From an uncultured Dehalococcoidia bacterium (lineage in GTDB: Bacteria; Chloroflexota; Dehalococcoidia; Lucifugimonadales; UBA3495): a DNA stretch of 48,566 bases. The notes under the pieces were generated by a model. It was not told where the DNA came from. It saw only the letters and a program-made list of their open reading frames with translations, and searched no databases. Shown here in pieces: positions 30,054-39,927 of this stretch. The stretch lies in NCBI GenBank assembly GCA_950072105.1, contig CATMOE010000025.1, forward strand, positions 1-48,566, given 5' to 3'. The position numbers and the translations under genes are program-made. Positions within the stretch are counted from its first letter, which is position 1, and each line of letters starts with the position of its first letter.

Positions 30054-30085
30054 ATCAAGATCGTTTACGGTCCGTTATCGGGTGC

Positions 30086-31012
30086 TTAATTCCCGTTTCG
30101 GGGGAGAGAGGACAGGAGCCCCGAAGCTGCCAGACATACGAGCGCCTCGAACACAGCCCGGTCGATACAGATTCCCTGGTTCTCAAGGACGGCACAAGCC
30201 TCTTCCAGATTTCCATGGACGGGCCGATTCGAACCGGCCGCTTCATCCGCGTCCACCTGGATCTCACTTTCCAGTACGGGGGGATCCACGTCCCATGTAT
30301 CCATAGCCGGGAGGTTATTCAGGATAGCTCCGCGAGAGGCTTCAACGGTCTGTTCAGTGTCGATCAATCCGGCCATCACCTTCGGGTCGACGATTATTCT
30401 TCCTTCCGCCACTAACCTGATGATTCCAGAGACCTGTTCCATGGTATCAATGGTGTGTTTTAGCAGATAAGCCGTTCCCATGGCCCCTCCGATGGGGAGT
30501 GACCGTAAGGACTTGAACGCTCGGCGGTCATAAGAGGACACGAGCAGGACCAGACCTACCTCGCTGTACTCTTCTCTGAGGTCATTTAGACTTTCCAACA
30601 TCGCCGGACGCAACGTCTTGACGCCCAATAGGATCACGTCGGGATTAACCGCCATCGCGGCGGTGAAAAGGGATTCCGCAGCCAGATCCTCCGACGATCC
30701 CAACAACTTGATAACGGAATGGGTCCCGAAATACGATTCGTAAGGTCCTCTGAGGACCTGCTGCTCCTCAGCCAGGTACAATCCGACATTCCGGATCTTT
30801 GAGGCAGTATTCCGAAGTTTGGGCGCAACCGGGCCAACCGTTAGATCAATACTGTTCTTCACTTGAATCAGGTCATCCGGCAAGTGGTCGTCCAAATACC
30901 GAAGACATTTAGCCATGTCGCCTTGTTCCAGGCCAAGCTTGCCCAAATAAGAAAGCAATTCTTGCTGGCCGGCGTTTCTCGTGCCATTCCTGGCATACCG
31001 GTCGTTATTCAT
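30086..31012 (-). CDS. Atypical NarL/LuxR-like regulator with Asp-less receiver and degenerate HTH
   Basis: Paralogue of 31692-32663: LAEEQQVLR, PDVILLGVK, YLLKHTIDT; C-terminus diverged. Confidence 0.7.
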   Translation of the reverse strand: MNNDRYARNGTRNAGQQELLSYLGKLGLEQGDMAKCLRYLDDHLPDDLIQVKNSIDLTVGPVAPKLRNTASKIRNVGLYLAEEQQVLRGPYESYFGTHSVIKLLGSSEDLAAESLFTAAMAVNPDVILLGVKTLRPAMLESLNDLREEYSEVGLVLLVSSYDRRAFKSLRSLPIGGAMGTAYLLKHTIDTMEQVSGIIRLVAEGRIIVDPKVMAGLIDTEQTVEASRGAILNNLPAMDTWDVDPPVLESEIQVDADEAAGSNRPVHGNLEEACAVLENQGICIDRAVFEALVCLAASGLLSSLPRNGN

Positions 31013-31487
31013 ATATGGTCCATCCTAGGTATCTATCTGTCGTCAAACAGTAAAAAGGTGAGCACGTGCTCACGCGTGTTAAATCAGGGGAGCTTCCACT
31101 CTTGCACACTGTCCACATACCTCTGCTCCAGTTGGGATTGCCACGACGTCATCGGCCTTCCGGTTTTAGCCTCGGTCCACAACTACGCCGTAAGCATAGC
31201 CGGCCAGGGGACCACGCCTTGTGACCGAAGTCCGCTCATCTAGAATGCCGCAAGGCTGGGTATTAGACAATAGGGTAGACTAGCTTTGAACGCAGAATCG
31301 TCCCCAGTTTATTTCGGGTATAAACCCCCAATGAGTTTGCCGGATAATCGCAGGAGTACTAGCTGGTGACTCCCTTTAATGGGGCAGAGTTGAGATGTAT
31401 TCTAAGTTTGCTGGGGTGTGGTCTCAGTGATCCGGGTTTCTCTGTGAGAAGACCGGAATCGGTTTCTACTCATATCTTCTGGATCAG

Positions 31488-31521
31488 GGGCCGTTGGAAT
31501 GTGGGCCAACGGCCCTTTTTT
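31488..31521 (+). terminator. Intrinsic terminator on plus strand with no upstream CDS
   Basis: GGGCCGTTGG-N8-CCAACGGCCC-TTTTTT. Confidence 0.75.
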
Positions 31522-31600
31522 CTTGTTCATAGCCGTATGGGATAGGGATAGTGTAGGCCGCCCGGATGCAGCTTACCGGCGGCCTGAGAATCGCCAAATG

Positions 31601-31629
31601 AAAAGGCCCCCAGCGATACCGGGGGCCTT
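31601..31629 (-). terminator. Terminator after the LuxR-family gene
   Basis: AAGGCCCCC-N9-GGGGGCCTT with A run on plus. Confidence 0.65.
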
Positions 31630-31691
31630 GATCCATCAAGAATAATGACGACCCGCCAAGGGCCAACACCTAAGATACTGAATCTCAATCG

Positions 31692-32663
31692 TCAGTCGTC
31701 ACCAGAGTTGGCGCCGGATAGCAGGCCAACGGCCTTCAGGTACATCAGGGCGGCCCGCACCCGGGGATGCATCGTAGCGTCCGGGCCTTCCGACTTATCG
31801 TTCTGCAGTTTGCTATAGATATTATTGATGTGGCGTTCCACGGTTTTCACGTCCCGCGACAGGAGTCCGGCAATCGTATCGTTGCGATAGCCCTTGGCCA
31901 GCCAGCCCAACACCTCCATCTCTTTGGGAGACAGCTCCTGCACGACGCCGCTACCGGAGTCACCCGTACGGATCAACTCTTCCATAACCATGGGGTCCAC
32001 TATGATCTTTCCCTCTGCCACCGAGCAAACCACCTGGTTAAGCTGTTCTACTGTATCTATGGTGTGCTTCAGGATATAGGCGCACCCGGACGAGGAGTCT
32101 CGAGAGAATTCTCGCAGCGACTTGATGCCTTGCCCATCGTACATCGCCATCAGTAGAACCAATCCCATCTCGGGACAGGTTTCTCGCAGTACCTGCAACT
32201 TCTCGACGGTGCATGGTTGCACCGCTTTGACTCCAAGTATGATTACGTCGGGCTTTAATGCTTGGACCATTCCCGCCAGGAAGTCTGTCGACGTATCGCC
32301 GGTCGACCCTAGCATTTCCATATTGGATTGGGAGTTGAACACCGAATAGTATGCTTCTCTGAGGATCTGCTGCTCTTCCGCCAGGAACACACCGATTGTG
32401 CCACTGGGCCGGCCTTGTGGCATGTGGCCTTCCATCGGCCTTTCTTTTGACATTTCCTCGGTGGGGTCCTCCCGCCGTCCGCTTTGCAACATGGCGATCA
32501 TTTGGTCTAACTCACCGTCCGCCAAGCCCAGCTTCGCCAGATATCCGGCCAGGCCGGCAACGATATCCACCCTATCCTCCCCTTTTGCCGCCTTACCTCC
32601 AACCCGAACCTTCTTTTCGCCAATAAAGTCGATGGTTCCCACCCGTGAGTCCAGCTGTGTCAT
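31692..32663 (-). CDS. Atypical NarL/LuxR family response regulator
   Basis: ELSPKEMEVLGWLAKGYRNDTIA..KTVERHINNIYSKL HTH; receiver PDVIILGVK lacks the phospho-Asp. Confidence 0.85.
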   Translation of the reverse strand: MTQLDSRVGTIDFIGEKKVRVGGKAAKGEDRVDIVAGLAGYLAKLGLADGELDQMIAMLQSGRREDPTEEMSKERPMEGHMPQGRPSGTIGVFLAEEQQILREAYYSVFNSQSNMEMLGSTGDTSTDFLAGMVQALKPDVIILGVKAVQPCTVEKLQVLRETCPEMGLVLLMAMYDGQGIKSLREFSRDSSSGCAYILKHTIDTVEQLNQVVCSVAEGKIIVDPMVMEELIRTGDSGSGVVQELSPKEMEVLGWLAKGYRNDTIAGLLSRDVKTVERHINNIYSKLQNDKSEGPDATMHPRVRAALMYLKAVGLLSGANSGDD

Positions 32664-33004
32664 AGCTCACCTCGCGCTTGCCAGGATTCTGTATCGGTTT
32701 GTATGCTCCCGGATTCAAAAGAGACCATCGCCCCATCGGGTTTGGACTTCTCAGGCATTTGGTTGGCGAGTTATCGCTTCGTGCCCGCTTTGTCCTGGTC
32801 CTTTAAATCTCGGCTGCGCTCAGTATGTGTCTCAACAGCCCGCTGGAAATCACCCGAACTGGTGATATCGGGGATGATAAAAGAGGTAACCCGTAGAAGT
32901 TAGCCCTAAGTCAGCCCGGAGGTAGCTCCTGGAGGATGATACTATGTTCCTCGGCTCGATTGGCTAGCCCATCGTGACCAACGCCGACGCCACCTGAGGG
33001 ACAC

Positions 33005-34234
33005 ATGACCAGCGTCTCTGAATACTCATCTCGCACCGAGGCCTTGCCGCCGAGACGATACCGGTTCTTGATCGCCGGTCTAGTCATGGCGGCCCACTTC
33101 TCCGTGGGCTTGAATCTGTTCACGATTTCCCCGTTGCTGGGGGATGTCATCCGCGATTATGAGATTAATCGCGGGTCGGCCGGCCTGCTGATCGCGCTGG
33201 CCCTATTGGTAGCCGCCGGCTTCGGACTGCCTGGCGGAGTGGTGATCAGCCGGTTGGGCATCGCCCGGTCCTATACTCTGGGTTGGTGGCTGGCTGGCCT
33301 CATGACGTTGTCGTTCTTAGCTCCTAACTACCTCTCCCTCTTGGCGCTACGGTTGTCGTTTGGTCTTGGGTTCGCTTTGGTATTGATAACCACCGGCCCC
33401 CTTTTGCTGCGATGGTTCAGGCCCAAGGAAGTCTTGGTGATGAACGGATTGAACACCGCGGTCTTGAGCCTGGGAATCGCCATCAGCATTGCCACGGCAG
33501 CACCTCTCGCCGGGGTCCTGGGATGGCAGAATTCTCTGAGCGTTTTCGGAGCGATCGGCTTAGTAGGAGCAGCCGCTTGGACCGTTCTGGGGAAAGTGCC
33601 GGGGGACTCGGTTCGAAAGTCCGGCTCCATGTCCTTCAGGGCGATCCCGCGTCTCATCCGAAACCGGCAGATCGTACTGTTGCTCTTGGCTGACGGCGGA
33701 GTGTTGGTCCAATACACCGCCCTAACCGCGTGGCTACCGGCTTTTTACACGGAAGTCCGTGGCATGACGCCAACAGGGGCAGGCTTTGCAACCGGGCTAT
33801 TGCCCTTCATCGGAGTATTCGCCGTTTTGCTTGGCGGCTTCTTGCCCTTGAGATTCGGCACGCCCCGGAGCTACTTCATCTGGCCGGGGATCTTGCTGGC
33901 CATCGGCGGTCCCGCCTCTTTCCTTTTAGGCAGCGCCACCGGGATCTACTTGGGTCTGATATTAGTCGGGATTGGGTCTTGGCTGTACGTGCCCACCTTG
34001 CTATCACGAACGATGGAACTGGTCAGGAACGACCCGGAGCGTGTCGCGGTGGTTTGGGGTTCGTTGTTAACCTTCTCCGGTTTGGGCATGTTCATCGCCC
34101 CCGTAATGGTGGGAAGCCTGCGGGACCTGACCGGCTCCTATCTGCCGGGGTTCTTTATCGGTTCGATAGCAGCGCTGACGCTGCTGGCTGCTGGACTTGC
34201 GATGCCTCGGGGCCGGGTCCAATCGCCACCATGA
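33005..34234 (+). CDS. MFS transporter (CynX-like)
   Basis: About 12 hydrophobic segments; WLPAFY, GSLRDLTGSY. Confidence 0.85.
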   Translation: MTSVSEYSSRTEALPPRRYRFLIAGLVMAAHFSVGLNLFTISPLLGDVIRDYEINRGSAGLLIALALLVAAGFGLPGGVVISRLGIARSYTLGWWLAGLMTLSFLAPNYLSLLALRLSFGLGFALVLITTGPLLLRWFRPKEVLVMNGLNTAVLSLGIAISIATAAPLAGVLGWQNSLSVFGAIGLVGAAAWTVLGKVPGDSVRKSGSMSFRAIPRLIRNRQIVLLLLADGGVLVQYTALTAWLPAFYTEVRGMTPTGAGFATGLLPFIGVFAVLLGGFLPLRFGTPRSYFIWPGILLAIGGPASFLLGSATGIYLGLILVGIGSWLYVPTLLSRTMELVRNDPERVAVVWGSLLTFSGLGMFIAPVMVGSLRDLTGSYLPGFFIGSIAALTLLAAGLAMPRGRVQSPP

Positions 34235-34433
34235 TTCGGACGGCCTCCTGTCAAAGGTTGGAGGCTTCAAGAAGCTCATTTATCGGCCAAGTGGATGATC
34301 CGCCGCCCATACACACCACCATTGACATCCCATTTTCCGGCTAGTACCGTTAAGGCCGCCTCGCCTAACCAACCTGTGCGGGCCAGATTACATTCTTCAC
34401 TAACGTCTCTGAATGGCGAAAAAGGGGGCCAAA

Positions 34434-34991
34434 ATGGCTAGAGCGCCGATACCTACCAGGGAAAGCGTACCCGAGAAATACCGTGATCTGTTCGACCAAG
34501 TAGTCAAGGAGAGAGGCGGCCCACCCACCAGCGGTCCCGGGTCGGTAACCCTCAACAGTCCGGAGATAGCTCAACGGACTAATCACCTATCGGCCTATCT
34601 GCGCCAAGGTTCAGGTCTGCCCGCCAACGTCCAGGAACTGGCCATGCTTACCACGGCCCGGGAACTGGACTGCCAGTACATCTGGAACGCCCACGCGGCT
34701 TCCGGACGCCAGGCAGGCTTGAGCGATGCCTTGGTGGACGCCATGCGGGACGGGCGCGACCTGCCCAACTTGAGCGCCGACGAAGCGGCCGTTGTGAACC
34801 TGGGCCGGGACTTTTTCCGAACCCACAAGGTCAGCGATTCCACCTACGAGGCAGGAGTTCAGCAGTTTGGCGTGCACGGCCTAACGAACCTGGTGAATCT
34901 GATGGGCTATTACGCCTTACTGGCCTTCAACGCCAACACCTTCGTCATCGACCTCCCCGACAACCGCACCGAAGACACATTGCCGATCTAA
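34434..34991 (+). CDS. Carboxymuconolactone decarboxylase/AhpD-fold protein
   Basis: ELAMLTTARELDCQYIWNAH, GLSD, LMGYY. Confidence 0.85.
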   Translation: MARAPIPTRESVPEKYRDLFDQVVKERGGPPTSGPGSVTLNSPEIAQRTNHLSAYLRQGSGLPANVQELAMLTTARELDCQYIWNAHAASGRQAGLSDALVDAMRDGRDLPNLSADEAAVVNLGRDFFRTHKVSDSTYEAGVQQFGVHGLTNLVNLMGYYALLAFNANTFVIDLPDNRTEDTLPI

Positions 34992-35019
34992 CGCCAGGGA
35001 GTAAAAAGGACTGACGGAT

Positions 35020-36171
35020 ATGGAAGTTAAACCCTACCAGATACACATCCCGGACTCCGTCCTAGCCGACCTGAGGGAGCGGCTGGAGCGCACCCGCTGG
35101 CCTGGCGAGATTCCCGATTCCTGCTGGGACTACGGCTCCAACCTCGGCTACGTCAAGGAGTTGGTGGATTATTGGGTTGACGGATTCGACTGGCGGGCAC
35201 GGGAAGAAGCGATAAACGCTCTGCCCCATTTCCGGGCTACTGTCCAGGACTTAGACATTCACTTCATACACCACCGCGGCAGCGGCCCTAACCCGCTCCC
35301 CTTGATCATCACCCACGGTTGGCCCAGCACGTTCTTTGAAATGCTGGAAATAATACCCCTGCTTACGGACCCGGCCGGCCATGGCGGCTCCGCCGAAGAC
35401 TCTTTCGATGTGGTGGTCCCTTCCATGCCGGGCTACGGTTTCTCCCAACCCGCGCTCCAGCCCGGTATGAGCGTATTCAAAGTGTCGGACCTATGGGCGG
35501 AGCTGATGACGGAGGGATTGGGGTACCAGCGGTTCGGAGCCCAGGGCGGCGACTGGGGAGCAAGTGTGACCGCCAGGCTAGGCTTCTCTTATCCCGAAAA
35601 CGTCATAGGCATCCATCAGACGTCGGTGACCAGGCCGGTCCCCTACTTGGGTCCCGGATCGCGTCCCATCTCAAAACCGGAAGAAGACTACCAGGCGGAC
35701 CGCGACCGGTGGCAGCGGGCCGAGGGTGGGTATTCCCACATCCAAGGCACCAAGCCTCAAACCCTATCCTATGGCTTGAACGATTCCCCGGCGGGTCTGG
35801 CAGCCTGGATAGTCGAGAAGTTCCGTACCTGGAGTGATTGCGACGGGGACGTGGAGCGCAGTTTCAGCAAGGACGAACTGCTGACCAATATCACTATCTA
35901 CTGGGCCACCCAGACGATCAACTCGTCTACCCGCATCTACTACGAGACCCAGCAGACCATTTGGGAATTGAAACAGGACGAGATGATAAGGGTCCCCACC
36001 GGCGTGGCGGTCTTTCCCAAAGAACTCAGCCACCCGCCCAGGGAGTGGGCCGAACGGTCATACAACCTACAGCGATGGACCCAGATGCCCAGGGGCGGAC
36101 ACTTCGCGGCTTTGGAAGAGCCCAACTTGCTGGTAGAGGACATCCGCGCCTTCTTCCGGCCTCTCCGTTAG
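35020..36171 (+). CDS. Epoxide hydrolase (EHN + alpha/beta hydrolase)
   Basis: HGWP, PSMPGYGFS, QGGDWG, GGHFAALE. Confidence 0.93.
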   Translation: MEVKPYQIHIPDSVLADLRERLERTRWPGEIPDSCWDYGSNLGYVKELVDYWVDGFDWRAREEAINALPHFRATVQDLDIHFIHHRGSGPNPLPLIITHGWPSTFFEMLEIIPLLTDPAGHGGSAEDSFDVVVPSMPGYGFSQPALQPGMSVFKVSDLWAELMTEGLGYQRFGAQGGDWGASVTARLGFSYPENVIGIHQTSVTRPVPYLGPGSRPISKPEEDYQADRDRWQRAEGGYSHIQGTKPQTLSYGLNDSPAGLAAWIVEKFRTWSDCDGDVERSFSKDELLTNITIYWATQTINSSTRIYYETQQTIWELKQDEMIRVPTGVAVFPKELSHPPREWAERSYNLQRWTQMPRGGHFAALEEPNLLVEDIRAFFRPLR

Positions 36172-36419
36172 TAGGCGGGACAGATTGCCTGCTATAATCC
36201 AGACGCCCTGGCGAACATAACCGCCACTGATAATTGGGCCGAAAACAGGTTTGAGCAAGCACTAATCTGTTGATATAGAGATTACAGGCCGCGCCCGCAA
36301 GAACCATTCGCCTTAGTTTGGTTCGCCAAGCCGGTCCTGAGACCAGCATTGGAGTCGCGAGTGTGGTTATGGCGATAGACCGGAATGGAATCGGGAAGGG
36401 AGCTTCCTCAGGGTTGATT

Positions 36420-36824
36420 TTGTCCGACGTCATTGAAATTAAACTCCCGCCATCTTCAGAGTATCTAGCCGTCGTTCGCGCCACGATAGGCGTGATCGCC
36501 GGCAATATGTCGTTTAATTATGATGAAGTCATACAGTTGAGAGTAGCCGCCTCTGAAGTCTTCAGCCTGGCTATGGAATGGATTTCCCAAGATGCCGCGG
36601 CCTCGGCTACCCGAGAGTTGGCATTACAGTTCATCGTGGAAGGAAACAAACTGGAGATCCTCGTCCCTAACCAGATCAGTTACACCGTATCGCTGACCGG
36701 GGATGACATGGTCGAAAGCAAGGCTCTTCTGGAGAGCTTGATGGATGAAGTGGAGTTTGGTGGGGGAGCCAACGAAGACCCTATGATACGGATTGCCAAA
36801 TACAACACGGTGGAAACCGGCTGA
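36420..36824 (+). CDS. Anti-sigma factor RsbW-like (HATPase_c_2)
   Basis: IKLPPSSEYLAVVR, LRVAASE, LLESLMDEVEF; directly upstream of a SigB/SigF-type gene; ATP-binding boxes look degenerate. Confidence 0.75.
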   Translation: MSDVIEIKLPPSSEYLAVVRATIGVIAGNMSFNYDEVIQLRVAASEVFSLAMEWISQDAAASATRELALQFIVEGNKLEILVPNQISYTVSLTGDDMVESKALLESLMDEVEFGGGANEDPMIRIAKYNTVETG

Positions 36825-36903
36825 ATGGTCTTCTATCCAACGCCGGGTTTGATCTGCTCATACGGGGCGCCCGGCCGGTTATAGGTAACGGGGAAGGTAC
36901 AAG

Positions 36904-37668
36904 ATGGGAACCAAGGGCAAATCAGAGGGGACCAAGGAGTTGCTGGCTCTCTACCGGATGTCCCAAGATCCGGAAGCGGCAGAACGCCTGGTCGTGGACC
37001 ATCTTGCTCTGGTCAAGCGGTTGTGCTAGCGTTTCCACAACTCCGGAGAGCCCCAAGAAGACCTGATACAAGTGGGAACCATCGGGCTGTTGAAAGCCAT
37101 CAAGAAGTTCGACCCTGAATTGGGCAGCAGCTTCATCTCTTTCGCGGTGCCGGTCGTCGTAGGCGAGATTAAAAACTACTTCCGCGACCACGGCTGGGCC
37201 GTGAAGGTGCCCAGAAAGCTTCAGAGCCAAAAAATGGCCGTGGACCGGGCGGTGGTAGGACTCACCCAAAACCTGGGACACACTCCCACGGTGCCGAAAA
37301 TAGCCGAGGATACAGGCTTCTCCATCGAGGAAATAGCCGAAACCTTTGAAGTGGAGCGGTTCGGCAAACCCCTATCTTTAGACGCCCAATACGAATCGGA
37401 CGACAGCGAAGACGTGTCCAGCATCCTGGACTATATGGGGGTCCCAGACCCGGACCTAGAGGGGTTGGCCGACCGGGTAGACCTGGAATTGGCGCTAGAT
37501 GGAGTGGACTCCCGCGAGCAGGTCATCATTTACCTAAAGTTCTTCTCGGGGCTATCCCAAAGCGCCATCGCCAAGCGGCTCGGCATCTCCCAGATGCACG
37601 TGTCCCGCCTCCAACGCACCGCTCTGAACAAGCTCAAGTCCTCACTCATCAAGCAATCCTCCGCCTGA
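36904..37668 (+). pseudogene. SigB/SigF-type RNA polymerase sigma factor with in-frame TAG at codon 42
   Basis: From ATG 36904: ...HLALVKRLC*RFHNSGEPQEDLIQVGTIGLLKA...GEIKNYFRD...GISQMHVSRL; TAG at 37027-37029. Confidence 0.85.
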
Positions 37669-37705
37669 CCTCGGCCCTTCCAAGCATTCCTCCGGCGTCA
37701 CTTCC

Positions 37706-37777
37706 CCGTTCGTGGTGGGCTTGCCGAACCGCTCACGCCCATCTTCCCTAACCGTTCGTGGTGAGCTTGTCGAACCA
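37706..37777. repeat. Two tandem copies of REP-like family C
   Basis: CCGTTCGTGGTGGGCTTGCCGAACC and CCGTTCGTGGTGAGCTTGTCGAACC. Confidence 0.75.
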
Positions 37778-37864
37778 ACCACCGCGCTGGGACAACCGGC
37801 CTCTCCTCCTCACCTGTATAATCATCGGGTTACTATTCATCCCCATCAGGAGAGGAGAATAACC

Positions 37865-38416
37865 ATGTCCTGGATACGCGAAGAAGACGTCCCCATGTCC
37901 AACGTCATAAAAGTTATGTCCATCCTGCCTTCGGCCATGGAGGCGGTTGGCGCTCTGAACCAGGCGGTAACCTTCGGATCTTCCGCGCTTACCAGGGTGC
38001 AGGAAGAGGCCATCGCCACGGCGGTGTCGGTTTACAACCATTGCCGCTTTTGAACCATGGCTCACGGAGGGTTCCTCCGTCAGCACTCCGACGACCCCCA
38101 ACTGGCCAGCCACATCATGCACGACTACACCAAGGCCGATCTGGATCCGGAAACGCGCGGCATGTTGGACTTCGCCGTGAAACTTACCCGGGAGCCAACA
38201 AACATGAGCGAGGCCGACGTTAAAGGACTGCGGGCGCTGGGCCTAACCGACGAACAGATCCTCTCGGTAGTGCTAATCACTTGCACGTTCAACTTCATGA
38301 CCCGCCTGGCCGACGGGCTGGGAGTCCAAGTACCCGAAGGCAGACAGGAAGCCCACGAGCGTTGGCTAACCGGCCCAGCGCTCCAGCAAGAGTGGCTGAT
38401 GACCGCCAAGCCCTAG
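37865..38416 (+). CDS. AhpD/CMD-like peroxidase-related selenoprotein (CxxU), 183 aa
   Basis: ORFs 37712-38053 and 38057-38416 are in frame across TGA 38051-38053: EAIATAVSVYNHCRF-U-TMAHG; hairpin follows. Confidence 0.85.
38060..38084 (+). promoter_or_regulatory. Candidate bacterial SECIS element
   Basis: GCT-C-ACGGAGG-GTT-CCTCCGT-C-AGC; loop G about 18 nt after UGA. Confidence 0.7.
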
Positions 38417-38511
38417 CAGCCGGACCCAGTGGCGTTGACACGGAAAACAGGGCGACTTATCATCGAACAGGCAGCGTGGGCGTAACTCAGTGTAGTGTTT
38501 GCTTCCCAAGC
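38369..38511 (+). repeat. Direct repeat: ahpD-like 3' end, promoter and 5' half of tRNA-Gly (copy 1)
   Basis: Matches 40684-40829; includes TTGACA-N17-TATCAT. Confidence 0.9.
38476..38511 (+). pseudogene. Truncated 5' half of tRNA-Gly(CCC)
   Basis: GTGGGCGTAACTCAGTGTAGTGTTTGCTTCCCAAGC; D-arm deletions, ends just after the anticodon loop. Confidence 0.85.
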
Positions 38512-38582
38512 CCCGCGCTCTCAAAGCTGTGCTTCCGTAGCTACAAACCACCCCAAAACTTGTCCAGTTATCTGCTGTAATT
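38503..38582 (+). repeat. 80-bp att-like direct repeat (copy 1)
   Basis: 75/80 identical to 39690-39769; begins at the anticodon loop TTCCCAA. Confidence 0.85.
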
Positions 38583-38652
38583 CTGACCACTGCCAGCAGG
38601 GGAGAAAAGTTCGATCCGTTCATTCAGTAATCCACCTTATTTCTGTAGGCGA

Positions 38653-39123
38653 GTGTTGGTAATGGGAATCAAATCGTTAGCCTGCCCAATGTCAAATGAA
38701 CGGATTGACAAGAATGTTGTGAGGTCTTCCGCAATTATTACGGCAGTCATCATAGCGTCGTACTCGGTGCTTTCTTTGGTATCAACCGCAAGTGTATTCA
38801 TACTGATGTTGTTACTTGCTGGCGACTACGCTGTGAGGGTGTTCACCCACAACCTCAGTCCAATCGGCTGGTTGGGACACCAACTCACTCGTCGGCTTAG
38901 GATGACTCCGAAGCAGATGGACAAGGCTCCCAAAATATTTGCGGTGAGAGTAGGGTTTATCTTTGCTGCCAGTTCAGTTGGATTATTTTTCGTAGATCCA
39001 ACAATTGCAATCGGGGTAGGTCTGGCACTATTGGCCTTCAATTTGTTAGACGGCGTTCTCGACATATGCGTGGGTTGTTATTTTTACACCTATGTATCGC
39101 TGCCTTTGTTCGGACAGAAATAA
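38653..39123 (+). CDS. DUF4395-like membrane protein
   Basis: IDKNVVR, SPIGWL, APKIFAVRVG, DICVGCYFY. Confidence 0.75.
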   Translation: MLVMGIKSLACPMSNERIDKNVVRSSAIITAVIIASYSVLSLVSTASVFILMLLLAGDYAVRVFTHNLSPIGWLGHQLTRRLRMTPKQMDKAPKIFAVRVGFIFAASSVGLFFVDPTIAIGVGLALLAFNLLDGVLDICVGCYFYTYVSLPLFGQK

Positions 39124-39194
39124 CTGCCGTAGGCAAATAAGAACAAAGCCCCGGCGAATCTGGGGCGATCCAAAAACGCGAAGAAGAGTTAACC

Positions 39195-39632
39195 ATGAGT
39201 GAATACATACCAAGTCCTTGGCAATTTGTATCCAATCAGGTTGAACGATACGAAAGTAGCGGGGGCACCGAGGGTTCAACTTTCATGGACACGGGTCTGT
39301 CAGTAATAATTGTGACCAACAAAGGATGGAAGACAGGCGCTACCCGTAAGACTCCGCTGATGAGGGTAGTGGACGGGGACAGCTATATCTTGGTGGCCTC
39401 CAAGGCTGGAGCGCCGGAACATCCCTTTTGGTATCACAATCTGAAGGCAGAGCCGTACGTCGAGATTCGCGACAAAACTGAAGTGTATGCGATGCGGGTC
39501 AGAGAGGTTGTAGACCCAGCCGAGCGGCAACGGCTCTGGGATTTAGCGGTCTTGGCATTCCCTACTTATCAGGAATACCAAGAGAAAGCCAATCGGCTCC
39601 TTCCAGTTTTCTTAGCAGAACCAGCCGGATAA
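39195..39632 (+). CDS. Nitroreductase-family deazaflavin (F420)-dependent oxidoreductase
   Basis: KTGATRKTPLM, LVASKAGAPEHPFWYHNL, YQEYQEK. Confidence 0.9.
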   Translation: MSEYIPSPWQFVSNQVERYESSGGTEGSTFMDTGLSVIIVTNKGWKTGATRKTPLMRVVDGDSYILVASKAGAPEHPFWYHNLKAEPYVEIRDKTEVYAMRVREVVDPAERQRLWDLAVLAFPTYQEYQEKANRLLPVFLAEPAG

Positions 39633-39689
39633 GTAGCAAAGGTCCGACGTGTCTAGTACAACCTCAGAATGTTACTTGCTAGCACGTGA

Positions 39690-39769
39690 TTCCCAAGCCC
39701 CGCGCTCGCAACGCTGTGCTTCCGTAGCTACGAACCACCCCAAAACCTGTCCAGTTATCTACTGTAATT
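39690..39769 (+). repeat. 80-bp att-like direct repeat (copy 2)
   Basis: TTCCCAAGCCCCGCGCTC...GTCCAGTTATCTACTGTAATT. Confidence 0.85.
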
Positions 39770-39927
39770 TCTCGATGGTGAATTGGACTTAATGGCTCTG
39801 GCGGAGTGGCGCTCCAGAACCATGCTCCAAAGATATGCCGCCAGTACCGCAGCCGAGCGGGCTTTGGACTCCCACAAACGGATTTCGCTCAGTGACCGGC
39901 TATAGCCTTTTCGTTGAACTCGATCTA

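Noticed and set aside
32962..32997. Possible displaced larB tail (TAGCCCATCG..CCAA..CGAC) after the LuxR pair
   Set aside because: Only a 10-bp exact match to about 29984-29993 with gapped flanks; chance cannot be excluded.
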